The notes under the pieces were generated by a model that was given only the letters and a program-made list of their open reading frames with translations, was not told the origin of the DNA and did no database searches. Shown piece by piece: positions 44,947-56,099 of a DNA stretch of 64,000 nt (positions are counted from its first letter, which is position 1; every line of letters starts with the position of its first letter). Source of the stretch: Selaginella moellendorffii (Eukaryota > Plantae > Lycopodiophyta). The stretch covers positions 2,195,728-2,259,727 of the forward strand of contig NW_003314272.1 in NCBI RefSeq assembly GCF_000143415.4, written 5' to 3'. Both the position numbers and the translations under genes were made by a program.

Positions 44947-46767
44947 ATGGGGAAGTGTATCAGCAAGCCAGTAGCGGTGGATCCTCCAGCTGAAAAGCCC
45001 AAGACGGATAGCCATCCTGGAGAGTCTACACCAGCTGCTGCTACCCCGGCTAAGGGATCAGATCGTTCCCTCCAGCAGCTCTTCGCAAAGGTAGAGAGAA
45101 AATTATTGCTCCTGTAGAGAGGAGGTGATAGTGAGCGAGCGAGTGAGATATGTTTCAAGATAAAAATGGTTACCTTTTGTCTTTGCCGTTGTGCAGGACG
45201 AGGAGCGGGAGGACGAAGAGGAGAACGGGCAGCTCAAGCGGATTCCAGAGGAAGATAGCTCCGCCGAGGAGCAGGAGGAGGAGACGACGGACAAGGCAGC
45301 AGCAGCGGTCGAGGGTGGCGTTGTCCTCTTGGAGACAATAGCCGAGGATAGCAGCAAGGAGGAAGGATCTGGAAATGCTGGTGGTGTCATTGCTCCTGCT
45401 GAGATCGAGAAGCGCGATCCCACTAGTGCTGATGAGGAAGGCACTGGAGCTGTGAAAGGAGGCGAAGCCCCACCACAGAAAGTCGAGCATGTTGAGGAGG
45501 AGCGGCCGAGCACACCCGAGATTTCCGAGTCTAACAAATCTCCACCAGCTGACGCTTCACCAGCACCAGCAAATAAAGAGGAAGTTGTTTCCGTTGCCCC
45601 CCCGGCTGACAGTGGATCAGAGCAAATGGACGAGAAGCAGGTTGATCTGATAACGCAGGAATCCGACAAGTTCGAGCTGGTCCTCAAGCCACAAGAGTCG
45701 GAGAAGTTTGAGATCGAGATCTTCGGAGGCGAAGGGGCTGTTGGATCCGGCCAAGGCCAAGTGGTTGAAGAGAAGACGTCCACTTCCAAAGGGGCAGAGG
45801 AAGAAGAAGCAGTAGCTAGTAAGAAGGAAGCGGTACAGGATGAAGCTGAAAAAGACGTAGTAATACCGCCGGGTAAGGAAGCTGGAAGTGAAGTAGTAGC
45901 TTTACCTGGTAAGGATGAAGCTGGAAACGAAGAAGTAGGAGTACCACCTGGTCAGGACGAAGAAGCAGGAGCTGCTCACGACAAGGATATAGTGCCACCT
46001 GGTAAGGATGAAAGAAAAGAGGAAGTAGTACCACCTGGTAAGAATGAAGCTGAAAACGATGAAGCTACGGCTGAAGGTGAAAACGAAGCAGCAGTAGCAG
46101 TACCACATGGTAAAATTGAAGCTGCTGAAGCTGGAAACGAAGCAATAGCAGTACCTCATGGTAAGAATGAAGTTGAAAACGATGAAGCTGCGGCTGAAGC
46201 TGGAAACGAAGCAGAACCTGGTAAGGATGAAAACAGCGAGAGCATCGAACCTGTAGGCGAGACTGGTGGAGACACCGATATCCTTCAGAAGGTACGATTG
46301 ATTTACGATATCTTTGTACTCGTGATATATCTATTGCGCAGGTTGAAAACAACGTCGACACGAATGAGACGGGAGCATCGAAACCTCGAAGTACGGCGGA
46401 GGCTGCAGAGGGTAGTAATAAAGTCTCAAGTGAGAAGGTGGACTTTGGGGCTCTGGATCCTGACGAGGCCAGGAACGCCCAAAGCAAGGAAGAAAGTGGA
46501 CAAGGTGAACCTGCTCGTGATCAGGCTGCCGCTGCCGACGTATCTTTGGATGCTGGAGAATTACATGTCGAGCCATCACCAGATGTCGATACTTCAGTAA
46601 ATGCGAGCACCATTGCACAAGGCCAGGAAGAAGTCAAACCGGAAGAATTCTTTGAGGCGTCTGAACAGATTTCTGACCTTCCGGAGAGCATGGAACATAA
46701 AGCCGCGCCAGAGGTAGAGGCAGCGGCTACTCCTGTAAGACAAGAAGACACAGTTAGTAATACGTGA
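44947..46767 (+). CDS. Acidic low-complexity protein with N-terminal MGKC (myristoylation/palmitoylation-type) motif; 3 exons
   Basis: MGKCISKP; introns 45091-45196 and 46292-46341 join in frame; internal (V/A)PPGK(D/N)E repeats at about 45860-46230. Confidence 0.8.
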
Positions 46768-46839
46768 ATGTTTGCCTGTTTGCGTGATGAACGAATTCTT
46801 CTCCTGCTAAGTAGAATGAAGGAAGCAACTTGTCATCCT

Positions 46840-48405
46840 TCAACCGCCCAGGACTCTGAAACTTTGAGAGAAGCTCGTCTTGTACACGTTGGACAGCAAA
46901 ACGAAGTGCGAGTCGTCGTTGGGCTCCAGCTTGGACATGATCTCGGTAACCCGCGCTGCTCTCGCCACTTCACCGTGCATGGAGCACGCATTCAGAAGAA
47001 TCCGCCACAGGATCGGGTCGGAATGGCTGGGCAGCCTCCGTAGGAAGTCCTCCGCATGACTCATCCAGCCCGCTTTGACGAGCAGATCGATCATGCACGC
47101 GTGATGTTCCTGCGACACGGGGAGCTTGTGATCCTCGGACATGCACGTATAGTAGAACCAACCTTGGTAGAGCAGTCCCGCGTGGGAGCAAGCGTTGAGA
47201 ATGCTGATGAAGGTGATATCGTCCGGCTCAAACCCCTCGAGGATCATGTTCTTGAAGATCTCGAGGGCTTCCTCGTGGCGGCCGTGCTGAGAGTACGCGG
47301 TTATCATGGTCGTCCAGGAAACCAGAGTCCTCTTCTGGATCCCATCGAACAAGTCCTTTGCGCGCTGGATCTTCCCGGCTTTGGCATACATATTGAGCAG
47401 CGCGTTCTGCACCGTAGTATCGGAGGAAAAGACGCTGGAAGCAATGCACTGGTGGATTACAGTACCTTGCTCGACCGAGCAGGAGCCCAGGACGCTGCTG
47501 AAAGTGAAATCGTTGGGACGGAAGCCTTCCAAGTTCATTCTCCAGAAAAGCTCCACGGCCTCGTCGTCGAGGCCTTTCTGCGTGAATGCCGCGATCATCT
47601 CGTTCCACGACACGAGATCCTTCGCCTCCATCCCCTCGAAAACATTTTTTGCAGCGGGAACGCTCCCGCACTTGACGAACATGTTGACGGCGGCGTTTTG
47701 CACAGCGGTGTGAGACTGGTAGCCGCAAGCCACTGCTCGAGCGTAAACTTCCCGGCCTCGGTGGACGTCTTGAGCAGAAGAGCAAGCTCCCAACAGGCTG
47801 ATAAAAGTCACGTCGTTCTGCTTCAGGCCTTCGCAGTCCATCCCTTTCAACACCTGTAGTGCCTCGTGCAAAAGCCCACCTTGGGCAAACGCCGTGATCA
47901 TGGCTGTCCACGTAACTACGTTCCTCTCGGCCATCTGGTCGAACACCACCTTTGCTTCCTCCACAGCCCAGCACTTTGCATACATGTTGACGAGCGCAGT
48001 TCCAAGCACGACGTCAGGCCTCAATCCAGAGCTCTCGATCTGTGCGTGAATTGCCTTGCCTTGCTTCAGGTTCCCACACGCCCCGAGAACGCTGGCAAAC
48101 GCGAACTCGTCCGGCTGGGCACCTTCTCTGCTCATCTGGGCGAACAAATCCAGCGCCTCCGAGTCGTGTCCATTCTGGACATAGGCCGCCAGCATGATCG
48201 CCCAGGAGAAGGCGTTTCTCGAGCGAATCCCATCGAAGACTGCCCGGGCGTCTCTCACGCTGCCGCATTTGCCGTATCTCTGGACGAGGAGATTGGCCAG
48301 GAAGCGATCGTCGCTGTGGCCGCTCGAAACAACGAGCTCGTGAGCCTTCGCCAACTCGAGCAAATCACTCGCGTTTCGGACCAGCGTCACGAGCGATCTA
48401 TCCAT
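46840..48405 (-). CDS. PLS-class PPR protein with E domain, intronless, 521 aa
   Basis: P-L-S triplets (RNVVTWTAMITAF, PDDITFISILNACSHAGL, HHACMIDLL, WRILLNACSMHG, FVLLSNVY); no DYW. Confidence 0.94.
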   Translation of the reverse strand: MDRSLVTLVRNASDLLELAKAHELVVSSGHSDDRFLANLLVQRYGKCGSVRDARAVFDGIRSRNAFSWAIMLAAYVQNGHDSEALDLFAQMSREGAQPDEFAFASVLGACGNLKQGKAIHAQIESSGLRPDVVLGTALVNMYAKCWAVEEAKVVFDQMAERNVVTWTAMITAFAQGGLLHEALQVLKGMDCEGLKQNDVTFISLLGACSSAQDVHRGREVYARAVACGYQSHTAVQNAAVNMFVKCGSVPAAKNVFEGMEAKDLVSWNEMIAAFTQKGLDDEAVELFWRMNLEGFRPNDFTFSSVLGSCSVEQGTVIHQCIASSVFSSDTTVQNALLNMYAKAGKIQRAKDLFDGIQKRTLVSWTTMITAYSQHGRHEEALEIFKNMILEGFEPDDITFISILNACSHAGLLYQGWFYYTCMSEDHKLPVSQEHHACMIDLLVKAGWMSHAEDFLRRLPSHSDPILWRILLNACSMHGEVARAARVTEIMSKLEPNDDSHFVLLSNVYKTSFSQSFRVLGG

Positions 48406-48469
48406 GAAAAAGATTGCGTAAAAACACGCTGAGCTTATTTGTCGCTGCTGGAGCTACTGGAAGTTACCA

Positions 48470-49804
48470 TCACAGTCGAAGAACTCGGTTGGAGCTGAGG
48501 TTGAAAGGATCCTCCTGTCCTGCAAGGCTGGACGTCATCCTGCCTTCGATCCATCCGTTGTTCAGTGGTAACGCCTTTTCTCTTCCGCCAATGACACGGC
48601 TACCTTCGATCCGGTCCTCAAATTCTGGCAGCCCTTGTTCTAGCCTGAGCTTTCTGGCCTTTCTCTGCTCGTTAATCTCCTTCCGCAACCATTTCTCAAC
48701 CGTTCTCTGTCGAGGCTCCATTGAGTTAGTAATAATGGAAGTTTTGCTATGCAAGCTTTCCATACCATGAGAGATAACTCCTTGAGCTCTGGAATCTCGT
48801 GGAGAGGTTTCATGATCTGGAGTCTACCGCTTGCCAGATAAGCCTGAATGGAATGAGATGCACAAAGATGAAGACCAAAGAGCTTACAATATGAGAAGGC
48901 CATGACTCAAGCCCGTCGAAGATATGAGTTGCGTAGATGATAGTTGCTCCACGGTCCAGGCACTCGGACTTGAGAAACGCGAGAAGGTCTGATCGCGCGA
49001 GCACGTCCAGGTCGACGGTGATCTCATCTAGCAATAACACCTGAAACAAAGGAAAAGAAACAGAAAGTAAGCTGAGAAGCTTGAAACATCTTTAAAGTGG
49101 TTACTTGCCTTGAATGGTTTCAGGAGACCCATGCAAATCTGGACGCGTCTTCGCTGGCCATCAGAGACCTTGTGCATTCTCCAGTTGAGATCAATGTCAA
49201 GAACCTGTACAAACGATGCACAGAGAAAAAAAAACAAGTTCCAGGAAAAGAAGACACGCGAATGATCACCTGAATCAACTTCTTTCGACGCTCTTCGTCG
49301 GTACCAGCTACTCCCAGAATCATCTTTCCCGCGGAAATGTCCATTTGGATTGGTACATCGAATCCCGCAAACGCGACATCTCGCCTCCACTACTGGCCAA
49401 CAAAGAATTCTCAAAACTCTCCGAGGAGAAAGGAGAAAAAAAAGGTATCTATCATACCTCCCCGCCAAGGTACGATAGATCGCCAGAGCAAGTGATGGAG
49501 GTATCGTGGAAGGCCGATTTGCCGAGGACGCGCACCATATCCGGATGCACGAAGTGCTTGCCACCGATAATCTTGAGCACAGTAGTCTTCCCTGCCGAAT
49601 CCCTCACGATATTTCGTGATTCTTGCCCGAAAAAACGAAGAAGAATGCGATACCTGCCCCATTGGCGCCGATGAGCAAGCATCGATCCCCGGCTCGCAGC
49701 GTGAGGGAAAATCCCTGGACAAGCGGCTTTGCTCCTGGTGCGGCATTTCCATCAATCCCCGGGTACGTAAAGCACAGCTCCTTCACCTCCACAGTGACAG
49801 CCAT
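48470..49804 (-). CDS. ABCI20: ABC transporter I family member (ABCI20/NAP9, CAF16-like soluble ABC ATPase), multi-exon
   Basis: [67 protein letters not shown]...LSSNRVLR. Confidence 0.94.
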
Positions 49805-49910
49805 AGAGTAGATCGAAAAAACCCTGAAATAACTAAGAACCCTAAAAAACTAGGAACATCGTTAAAGGTTTAAAGGTAATGGCGGGAAAGGAGGGTTAGG
49901 GTTCTAGGCA

Positions 49911-51599
49911 ATGGACGATGTGTTTCCGATTCCCGTGCGCCTTGTGTACGTGCATCCGGCGGAGGAGCGTGGTAGGAATGTGGACGATCTTCGTTCTAAG
50001 GTAGCATTCCGGGCCGTGCCATTCGACATCCAGGATTCGGCCGAGCTTGCAAGCTGGCTCAAGACGGCTCTCACAGTGGACGCGGTCCTTACCTCCAAGG
50101 GATGGATGGAAATTCCTATGCCAGATCCTGCACCACCGCTGCCCCCAGCATTCGAGCTCCATCTCCGCAAGGCGCTCTTCGCAGGTTTGATTTTGTCTGG
50201 CATGCTACTCCTCTCATTTCGCGCAGATGCTTGTGATAACAGCAAGGAATGGGCTCGCACTGTGTTACGCCCATTTCCGTTTGCTGTCCTAGGCGTTGCC
50301 GACTTGCGGAGAGCGTTGGAGGAGCCACTGTCTTTGCCGCTCCCTGTTGGTCCTGCTACATACGCAACTCTGTATCCGAGCTCTGCCACTCAGTTCATTC
50401 CGACCAGCCAGTACCCCGCCGAGAGGATCTCCGCTTGCGTCACCACCTTCATGAACTCGAGGGTGGCGTTTGGCATGTCCGAGAATCAAAGTTTCTGGGA
50501 CTCGGCATTTTGCAACTTGTGGATGGAGCTGCTGTATCTGTCGGAGATCACCAGCGTTCAGCTCAACCGGAGTGTCACCGAGCTCTCTGGTGCTTCAACC
50601 GCAGACGCCCGTCCGGATTTGCTGCTTTGGATCTCGAGCAGGCTCTGCGTCAAGTTTGAGGAGAAACGGGCAACTCTGGAAGAGGCGTTCCAGGACTTGA
50701 CAAAGAAACTTGGCGTGCTCCCACCGCAGTACTATGGACCCGTCCAGTGGATGCTTGGGGTAGCACTAGCAGGTCCGGAGATGGCAGGATGGGCTGTGAG
50801 ACATGGGCAAGATGCACCAGATGATCTGTTTGGGCGCTTAAACATGGTGTCACTCAGGGACAAGGCAACATGCTTGCGACTCTCCGTCAACTTCCTCCGG
50901 ATTGCCTTGACAATCTCAGACTTCTACAGCGGGATGAATTCTCTGCCGCGGCCATTCAACGTGCTTCCTCCCGCCTCTTACGGCTCCCTCGGCCAGATAG
51001 CCAGGACTCTGCGGATCGTCTATCCCAAGGTGATCAAGGAGATTCGTCCCTGGTCGCAGCATGTTGCGGAGGGATTCACTACGACGGCTTTGGTGACGCG
51101 AGCATACGGGCTTGGCGCTGTGGGGCTGGTGTCCGGCGACGTCAAAGTCAGGGGTGAGCGATACAGCGTGGTCATTCACTCGGTGGGATACGAGCGCATA
51201 ATTTCTCGTAAAGATGACTTGTGGCCGGCCATGCAGGACGTGCTTCACGGGGTGCATGCGTTGCACCACGCGGGCTTGGTTCACAGGGACATCAGATGGA
51301 GAAACGTCCTCCAGTGTCCGGCTAGTAATGAGGGTTGGATGCTCATCGATCTTGAGACGGTGTGGAAGACAGACTGTAAGCCGAGCTGTTGCTGGCTTCG
51401 CGCCTGGGACGAGAACACATTGGTTGACGGCCTCTACACGCGGTCCTCGGATCTCTATCTTGTTGGAAGGCTTATGGAGAGCTTTCGTGATCTGTCACCC
51501 GAGGCCAAGGAGTTTCGGGCTAGGCTTTTACGGCACGGGTTCCGGAGTGCTCAGGAAGCGCTGCATTACTTGAAGAACACTACTTTCTGCAAAACTTAG
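49911..51599 (+). CDS. Crinkler/RHS-type effector-like protein: PD-(D/E)xK nuclease-like domain + atypical protein kinase, intronless, 562 aa
   Basis: ARPDLLLW...CVKFEEKR...AFQDLTKKL (REase-like); LHHAGLVHRDIRWRNVL, WMLIDLE, WDENTL..GLYTRSSDLYLVGRLM (kinase C-lobe). Confidence 0.8.
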   Translation: MDDVFPIPVRLVYVHPAEERGRNVDDLRSKVAFRAVPFDIQDSAELASWLKTALTVDAVLTSKGWMEIPMPDPAPPLPPAFELHLRKALFAGLILSGMLLLSFRADACDNSKEWARTVLRPFPFAVLGVADLRRALEEPLSLPLPVGPATYATLYPSSATQFIPTSQYPAERISACVTTFMNSRVAFGMSENQSFWDSAFCNLWMELLYLSEITSVQLNRSVTELSGASTADARPDLLLWISSRLCVKFEEKRATLEEAFQDLTKKLGVLPPQYYGPVQWMLGVALAGPEMAGWAVRHGQDAPDDLFGRLNMVSLRDKATCLRLSVNFLRIALTISDFYSGMNSLPRPFNVLPPASYGSLGQIARTLRIVYPKVIKEIRPWSQHVAEGFTTTALVTRAYGLGAVGLVSGDVKVRGERYSVVIHSVGYERIISRKDDLWPAMQDVLHGVHALHHAGLVHRDIRWRNVLQCPASNEGWMLIDLETVWKTDCKPSCCWLRAWDENTLVDGLYTRSSDLYLVGRLMESFRDLSPEAKEFRARLLRHGFRSAQEALHYLKNTTFCKT

Positions 51600-52674
51600 G
51601 GTTTATCGGTTTGCACTTTGCACTTTATATAAAAATATTTTAAAATGTGTATTTTAATTTTTGTGATTGCTGCATTTGCACTTGAGTAGTTTCTAGGTTG
51701 TTTTAAGCTTTAAGTATGCATTTTAAAACATTTTCATTCCCACCTGCATAGGTTTTTTGGTATAAAACACTAGTGACTTCGCACCTGACTTACTTTAAAA
51801 TGTCTTTCAAACATGTTTTAAAATATTTTAAAATTTCAAATTCAAATCAAATTTGAAATACTAACCTAAATTTCAATTTCAAGTTCAAATTTCAAATAGT
51901 AAACTTGAACATAGAAATCAACATAGGAAGTCGGTTAAGTTCTCTTGAACATCCTGTGCATCCTCTGGCCCATGCAAGTCTTTCTGTGGTTCTCCCTTAG
52001 CTATGACAAGATCCTTGTAATCTTTGAAAATCTCTACTTCTTTGAAGGCTTGAATGTGTCTCTCTTATGCCTTGATCTTGGCATTGATGTTTGTTTCACC
52101 AACATCAATTAACAAGTTGTGCAAAATGCAACAACCTTTGATGATCTTCAACAGATACTTCAACTTGATCCTTTGTTTTTGATCCAAGCATTTGAATGTC
52201 ATTTTTAGGAGTCCAAATGCTTGTTCAATAACAATCCGGGCCAAATGGTGTTGCTGGTTGTACTCTGCCTTAGTCACTATCAACTGGGAACCTATTTCAA
52301 AAGAATAATTGAAAAAAAAACCAATCAGTTTACCTAAGTGAGGGATTATCAAGTGCTGCTGCAGTTAGTAGCTTTTGTCTCCCACCAAGTACGGCTCAAT
52401 CCACTCGTCAAAAGCAAACTCCAGAGAAACTATGAGTAATGCCCTTGCTTGGATCTTGTGACATAGTTTGGAGTTTCAAAAAACCCTTATATCATGAACA
52501 CTCCCTAGGGAGAAAAATAAACCAATTAGATGTATAGAAGAAAAAAATTAAAAGTAATTACTTGACTAGCCTGCATAGATACTCAAGAACCTTTTTTGAG
52601 CATTGCACACCCCTTACAAGATCACCGAATACTGTTGCTTTCGATCAAAGTAACCCTCACCATCTAAGCCAACT

Positions 52675-53277
52675 TGTAGCGTATGTGATTATAGGATGAG
52701 ATTTGGATATACTGTCACTATGGATCTTTAGAACCTTTAGGGATAAATAGGGATAAAATAGCCACTAAGGGCTCTCTCATTAAGCAATTGCCCCTTTTCC
52801 ATTGATTAGTGATTATTTAAAAATATAAAATACCTTTGAGCAAGATATATTCCTACCCCTAAAATTTAAAATTATACATATTAGGCATCCATATGTATGT
52901 TTTTCCTCTTATGCGAAATATCCACGGACAAAAGTATCCACTGTAGGATTATAGTACGGGTGGATAACTAGCTGCCTCACATAGAATAACCAATTTACAC
53001 AATGGAAGAATTGGTAGATTCAGTGCGGAAATGGAAGTGTTAATTCCCCTAAGCTCAATAAGGGTTATTAATTAATAGTCAATGAGGACATTAACATCTC
53101 TAAAGGGGGGGTGAGTGTAACACATGTGATCATAAAATGAGATTTGGATATATTGTCATCGTGGATCTTTGGAACCTTTAGGGATAAATGGGGATAAAAT
53201 AGCCACTAAGTGCTCTTTCATCAAATAATTGCCCCTTTTCTAGTTAGCTTAAGAGGAGAGAGATAGGGTGCACTACA
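52675..53277 (+). mobile_element. TRIM (second family), internally deleted; TSD CAACT
   Basis: 5' LTR TGTAGCG...CCCCTTTTCC, PPT AAAGGGGGGGTGAG, 3' LTR 53116-53277 ending CACTACA; CAACT on both sides. Confidence 0.88.
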
Positions 53278-53419
53278 CAACTGGTCAGATAATCTTGAAA
53301 TGTGTACAGTTAATTGCCCCAGCCATATTAGGGAGATAGGTCTTAGTAATTTGTTGAAAATCTACCACCACAATTCTAACCTTTGCTGCTGTCTCCGAGA
53401 ATCAAATCTTGTACTTGAG

Positions 53420-53581
53420 TGTAGTGCACCTTATCTCTCTCCCCTTAAGTCAACTGAAAAAGGGGCAATTACTTAATGAGAGAGCCTTTAGTGGCTATTT
53501 TATCCCCATTTATCCCCCAAGGTTCCAAAGATCCACAGTGACAGTATATCCAAATCTCATCCCATGATCACATGCGCTACA
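53420..53581 (-). mobile_element. Solo LTR (162 bp) of the second TRIM family; TSD TTGAG/CTGAG
   Basis: TGTAGTGCA...TGCGCTACA, homologous to 53116-53277 and 57657-57818. Confidence 0.88.
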
Positions 53582-54355
53582 CTGAGGCACTTAACAATTG
53601 CAACAGTTGTCTGCACCATAATGTTATGTGTAATGGCTTCCCCGATCCCAAACTTGTCAGACAGGTTAGAGTAGTCGGTGTTCTTGAACAACTTGGACAA
53701 GGTAACCCCCAAACAAACATCCGTTGGCACTGCTCTCCTAAGCTTCATATCCTGCTTGCAGATTTCAGCCTCCAGAATGCCACAAAGCCTGTGTCATCTT
53801 CTTCATCCTCAACTTCTGCTTCCATCAACCGAGGTCATACAACTCCATGAAGAGCTTGCTCCATGTTGTCATATACCGTGGTTTCACCCACCAAATACCA
53901 GTGTCAAGTTGCTTGGACAATACTACTTGACGAAGCTTGTCTTCATCCTCCTCTTTGTCCGGAAGAGTTTTTGTGCCACCAGGATCTTGTCATCGATGAT
54001 GGATCAAAAAGCTTGCATGACGGGAAGCAAAACTTGCAAAAGAAGCAAGATTACCTTGTTTCTCAACAAGGCATCGATGATTGCTGCTTGATTGTTGAAA
54101 GAACCACATTCCTCCCAAGCTTTTTTTTGGTTTTCCCTGAAAGTATTTTCTGTTTCCTCGGATTCAATTATTGTAAGATCTTGAAAAAAAAAATAGTTAA
54201 AAGAAATCTAGAATATCATAGCCTAAACATACGTCCCCCTAAAATCCCAAAAACAAGATGGCTAACTCCTGGATGCAGCCCTATTCAAGAAGTTGGAGAT
54301 GGAGCTTGCAAGGTTAGAGATGGTTCTAGCTAAAACTATTGCAGCTGCAACCTTT

Positions 54356-56090
54356 TGTAAGCGACTAATTTTCCATTCTACTTTAGTCACTTAACCACAC
54401 CTTTGACCACTTGGAGGAGTCTCATTCACAACCTCCATCAGTCCAATTCAGGACTTGGGACTTGCTAGCCCCAAGAATGGCATCCATGCCACTCAACACT
54501 TGCACCTGGTCCAAGTGCTCCACGTGTCCGGTCCCAAGACTGACACCCAAAGGTACCACTGACATCTCGGCCCGTTACGCTAAGGCCATGCCCATTCACC
54601 TTTGCTGCACTAGTGGTCCAATACCACTTGCATCACCATCCCATCTCTCCAAGACTGGGCCATCTGTCCACGAGTGGTCATCCTAGATCCACTCCTTAGC
54701 ATCCTTAGGATGCCCACAGACGTGGGGAATCGCCTTCCCCAAAGTCCCTTTGTCAGTTCCTACCAAGCCCCTTTCTGCCCCTAGCCGTGTTTGCCAACAC
54801 TGTCACTGGATCGAGGCCCACAGGCCCGACCACCAAGTCCCATGGTCCTCTGGGACTTCCTCACCACACAACTGTGTCCTTGGTCACTACCCCAGAGGAC
54901 TGCTCCTCTTCCTTTCCACAGTCTAGGCCCTTGGGACAACATTTCGGAACACCGTGGCCTTACGCGAGCCACCTGGGTACTCTCCCCGCCTTTCGCCTTT
55001 AGGTGCTCTAGCCATGGGCTTAGAGTGAGGTTCCGTTGAGCCACGCCTGGTATCCAAGTAGGTAGTGCCACCCACACTTGGACTAGGAGCATCGGCCAGT
55101 CGATCTCCCGGGGGAACTAGAGTCGGCTCTTGAACACTTCACCAAGCTACCCCGCTTGTCAGTCCGTATTCACTCTAGTCTTGGACTTCCCAGTGGTCAG
55201 TTCATCACCCAACACTGGGTCTGGCCTTCCTGGGCCAAACTGGCCTTTCCTGGCCAAACTGGCTCCACTGCAGTCCTCCCCCTTACTATACTTTTAAAGC
55301 TCACCAACCCCCCAGGGTCTGGGAGACGAATGCTTTGGGTTTTCACCCTCTCAGACTCGAACTCGGACTCGGACTCGGACTCGGACTCGGACTCGGACTC
55401 GGACTCGGGCTCGGGCTCGGGCTCGGTCTCAGCCTTGGCCTCGGTCTCGGTCCCGGTCCCGGTCTTGGTCTCGGTCTCGGTCTCAGTCCCGGTCTCGGTC
55501 CCAGTCTCGGTCTCGACCTCGGACTCCATCTTGGGTCCTTCTCGGACTCCATCTCGGACTCCATCTCGGACTCCATCTCGGACTCCGTCTCGGTCCATCT
55601 CGGACTCCATCTCGGGTCCATCTCGGACTCCGTCTCGGTCCACCTCGGACTCCACCTCGGACTCCATCTCGGGTCCATCTCGGACTCCATCTCGGACTCC
55701 ATCTCAGGTCCATCTCGGACTCCGTCTCGGTCCACCTTGGACTCCATCTCGGACTCCATCTCGGGTCCATCTCGGACTCCGTCTTTGTCCACCTCGGACT
55801 CCACTTCGGGTCCATCTCAGACTCCAACTAGGGTCCATCTCAAACTCCATCTCGGACACTTCCACGTGTCATGTGTTGGTCCTTTTTGGGTCCCTTTTTG
55901 GAGCCTCACTTATTGCTCACTTCGTGCTTGTTCCTCGAGCACTTTGTTGGGAGTTCCACTCCCGCTCTCGACCTTCCAAGTTGGAGCTTTTAGTCCAAAT
56001 GTGTTACGCTCGTTTGGCTTTCGCTTCGGCCACTACCATGTGGCACCCTTTCCAGCTCCACTTTGGGGCCTAGGGATTTTGTGTTTCACA
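54356..56090 (-). mobile_element. Young solo LTR (1735 bp) of the large-LTR family; TSD CCTTT
   Basis: TGTAAGCGAC...GTGTTTCACA; CCTTT at 54351-54355 and 56091-56095; inverted homolog of 59108-60927. Confidence 0.93.
55352..55858. repeat. Hexamer/dodecamer tandem array inside the LTR ((GACTCG)n, (GGTCTC)n, CTCGGACTCCAT)
   Basis: Directly visible; mirrored at about 59345-59937. Confidence 0.95.
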
Positions 56091-56099
56091 CCTTTTCCT

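Larger units (their letters stand above)
51930..54180 (-). mobile_element. PIF/Harbinger transposase pseudogene (DDE_Tnp_4), interrupted by two TRIM insertions
   Basis: LSDKFGIGEA (HTH), AGAINCTH, YFDRKQQYSVIL, GSVHD, LVGDKSY, ARIVIEQAFGLLK, GCCILHNLL; many in-frame stops. Confidence 0.9.
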
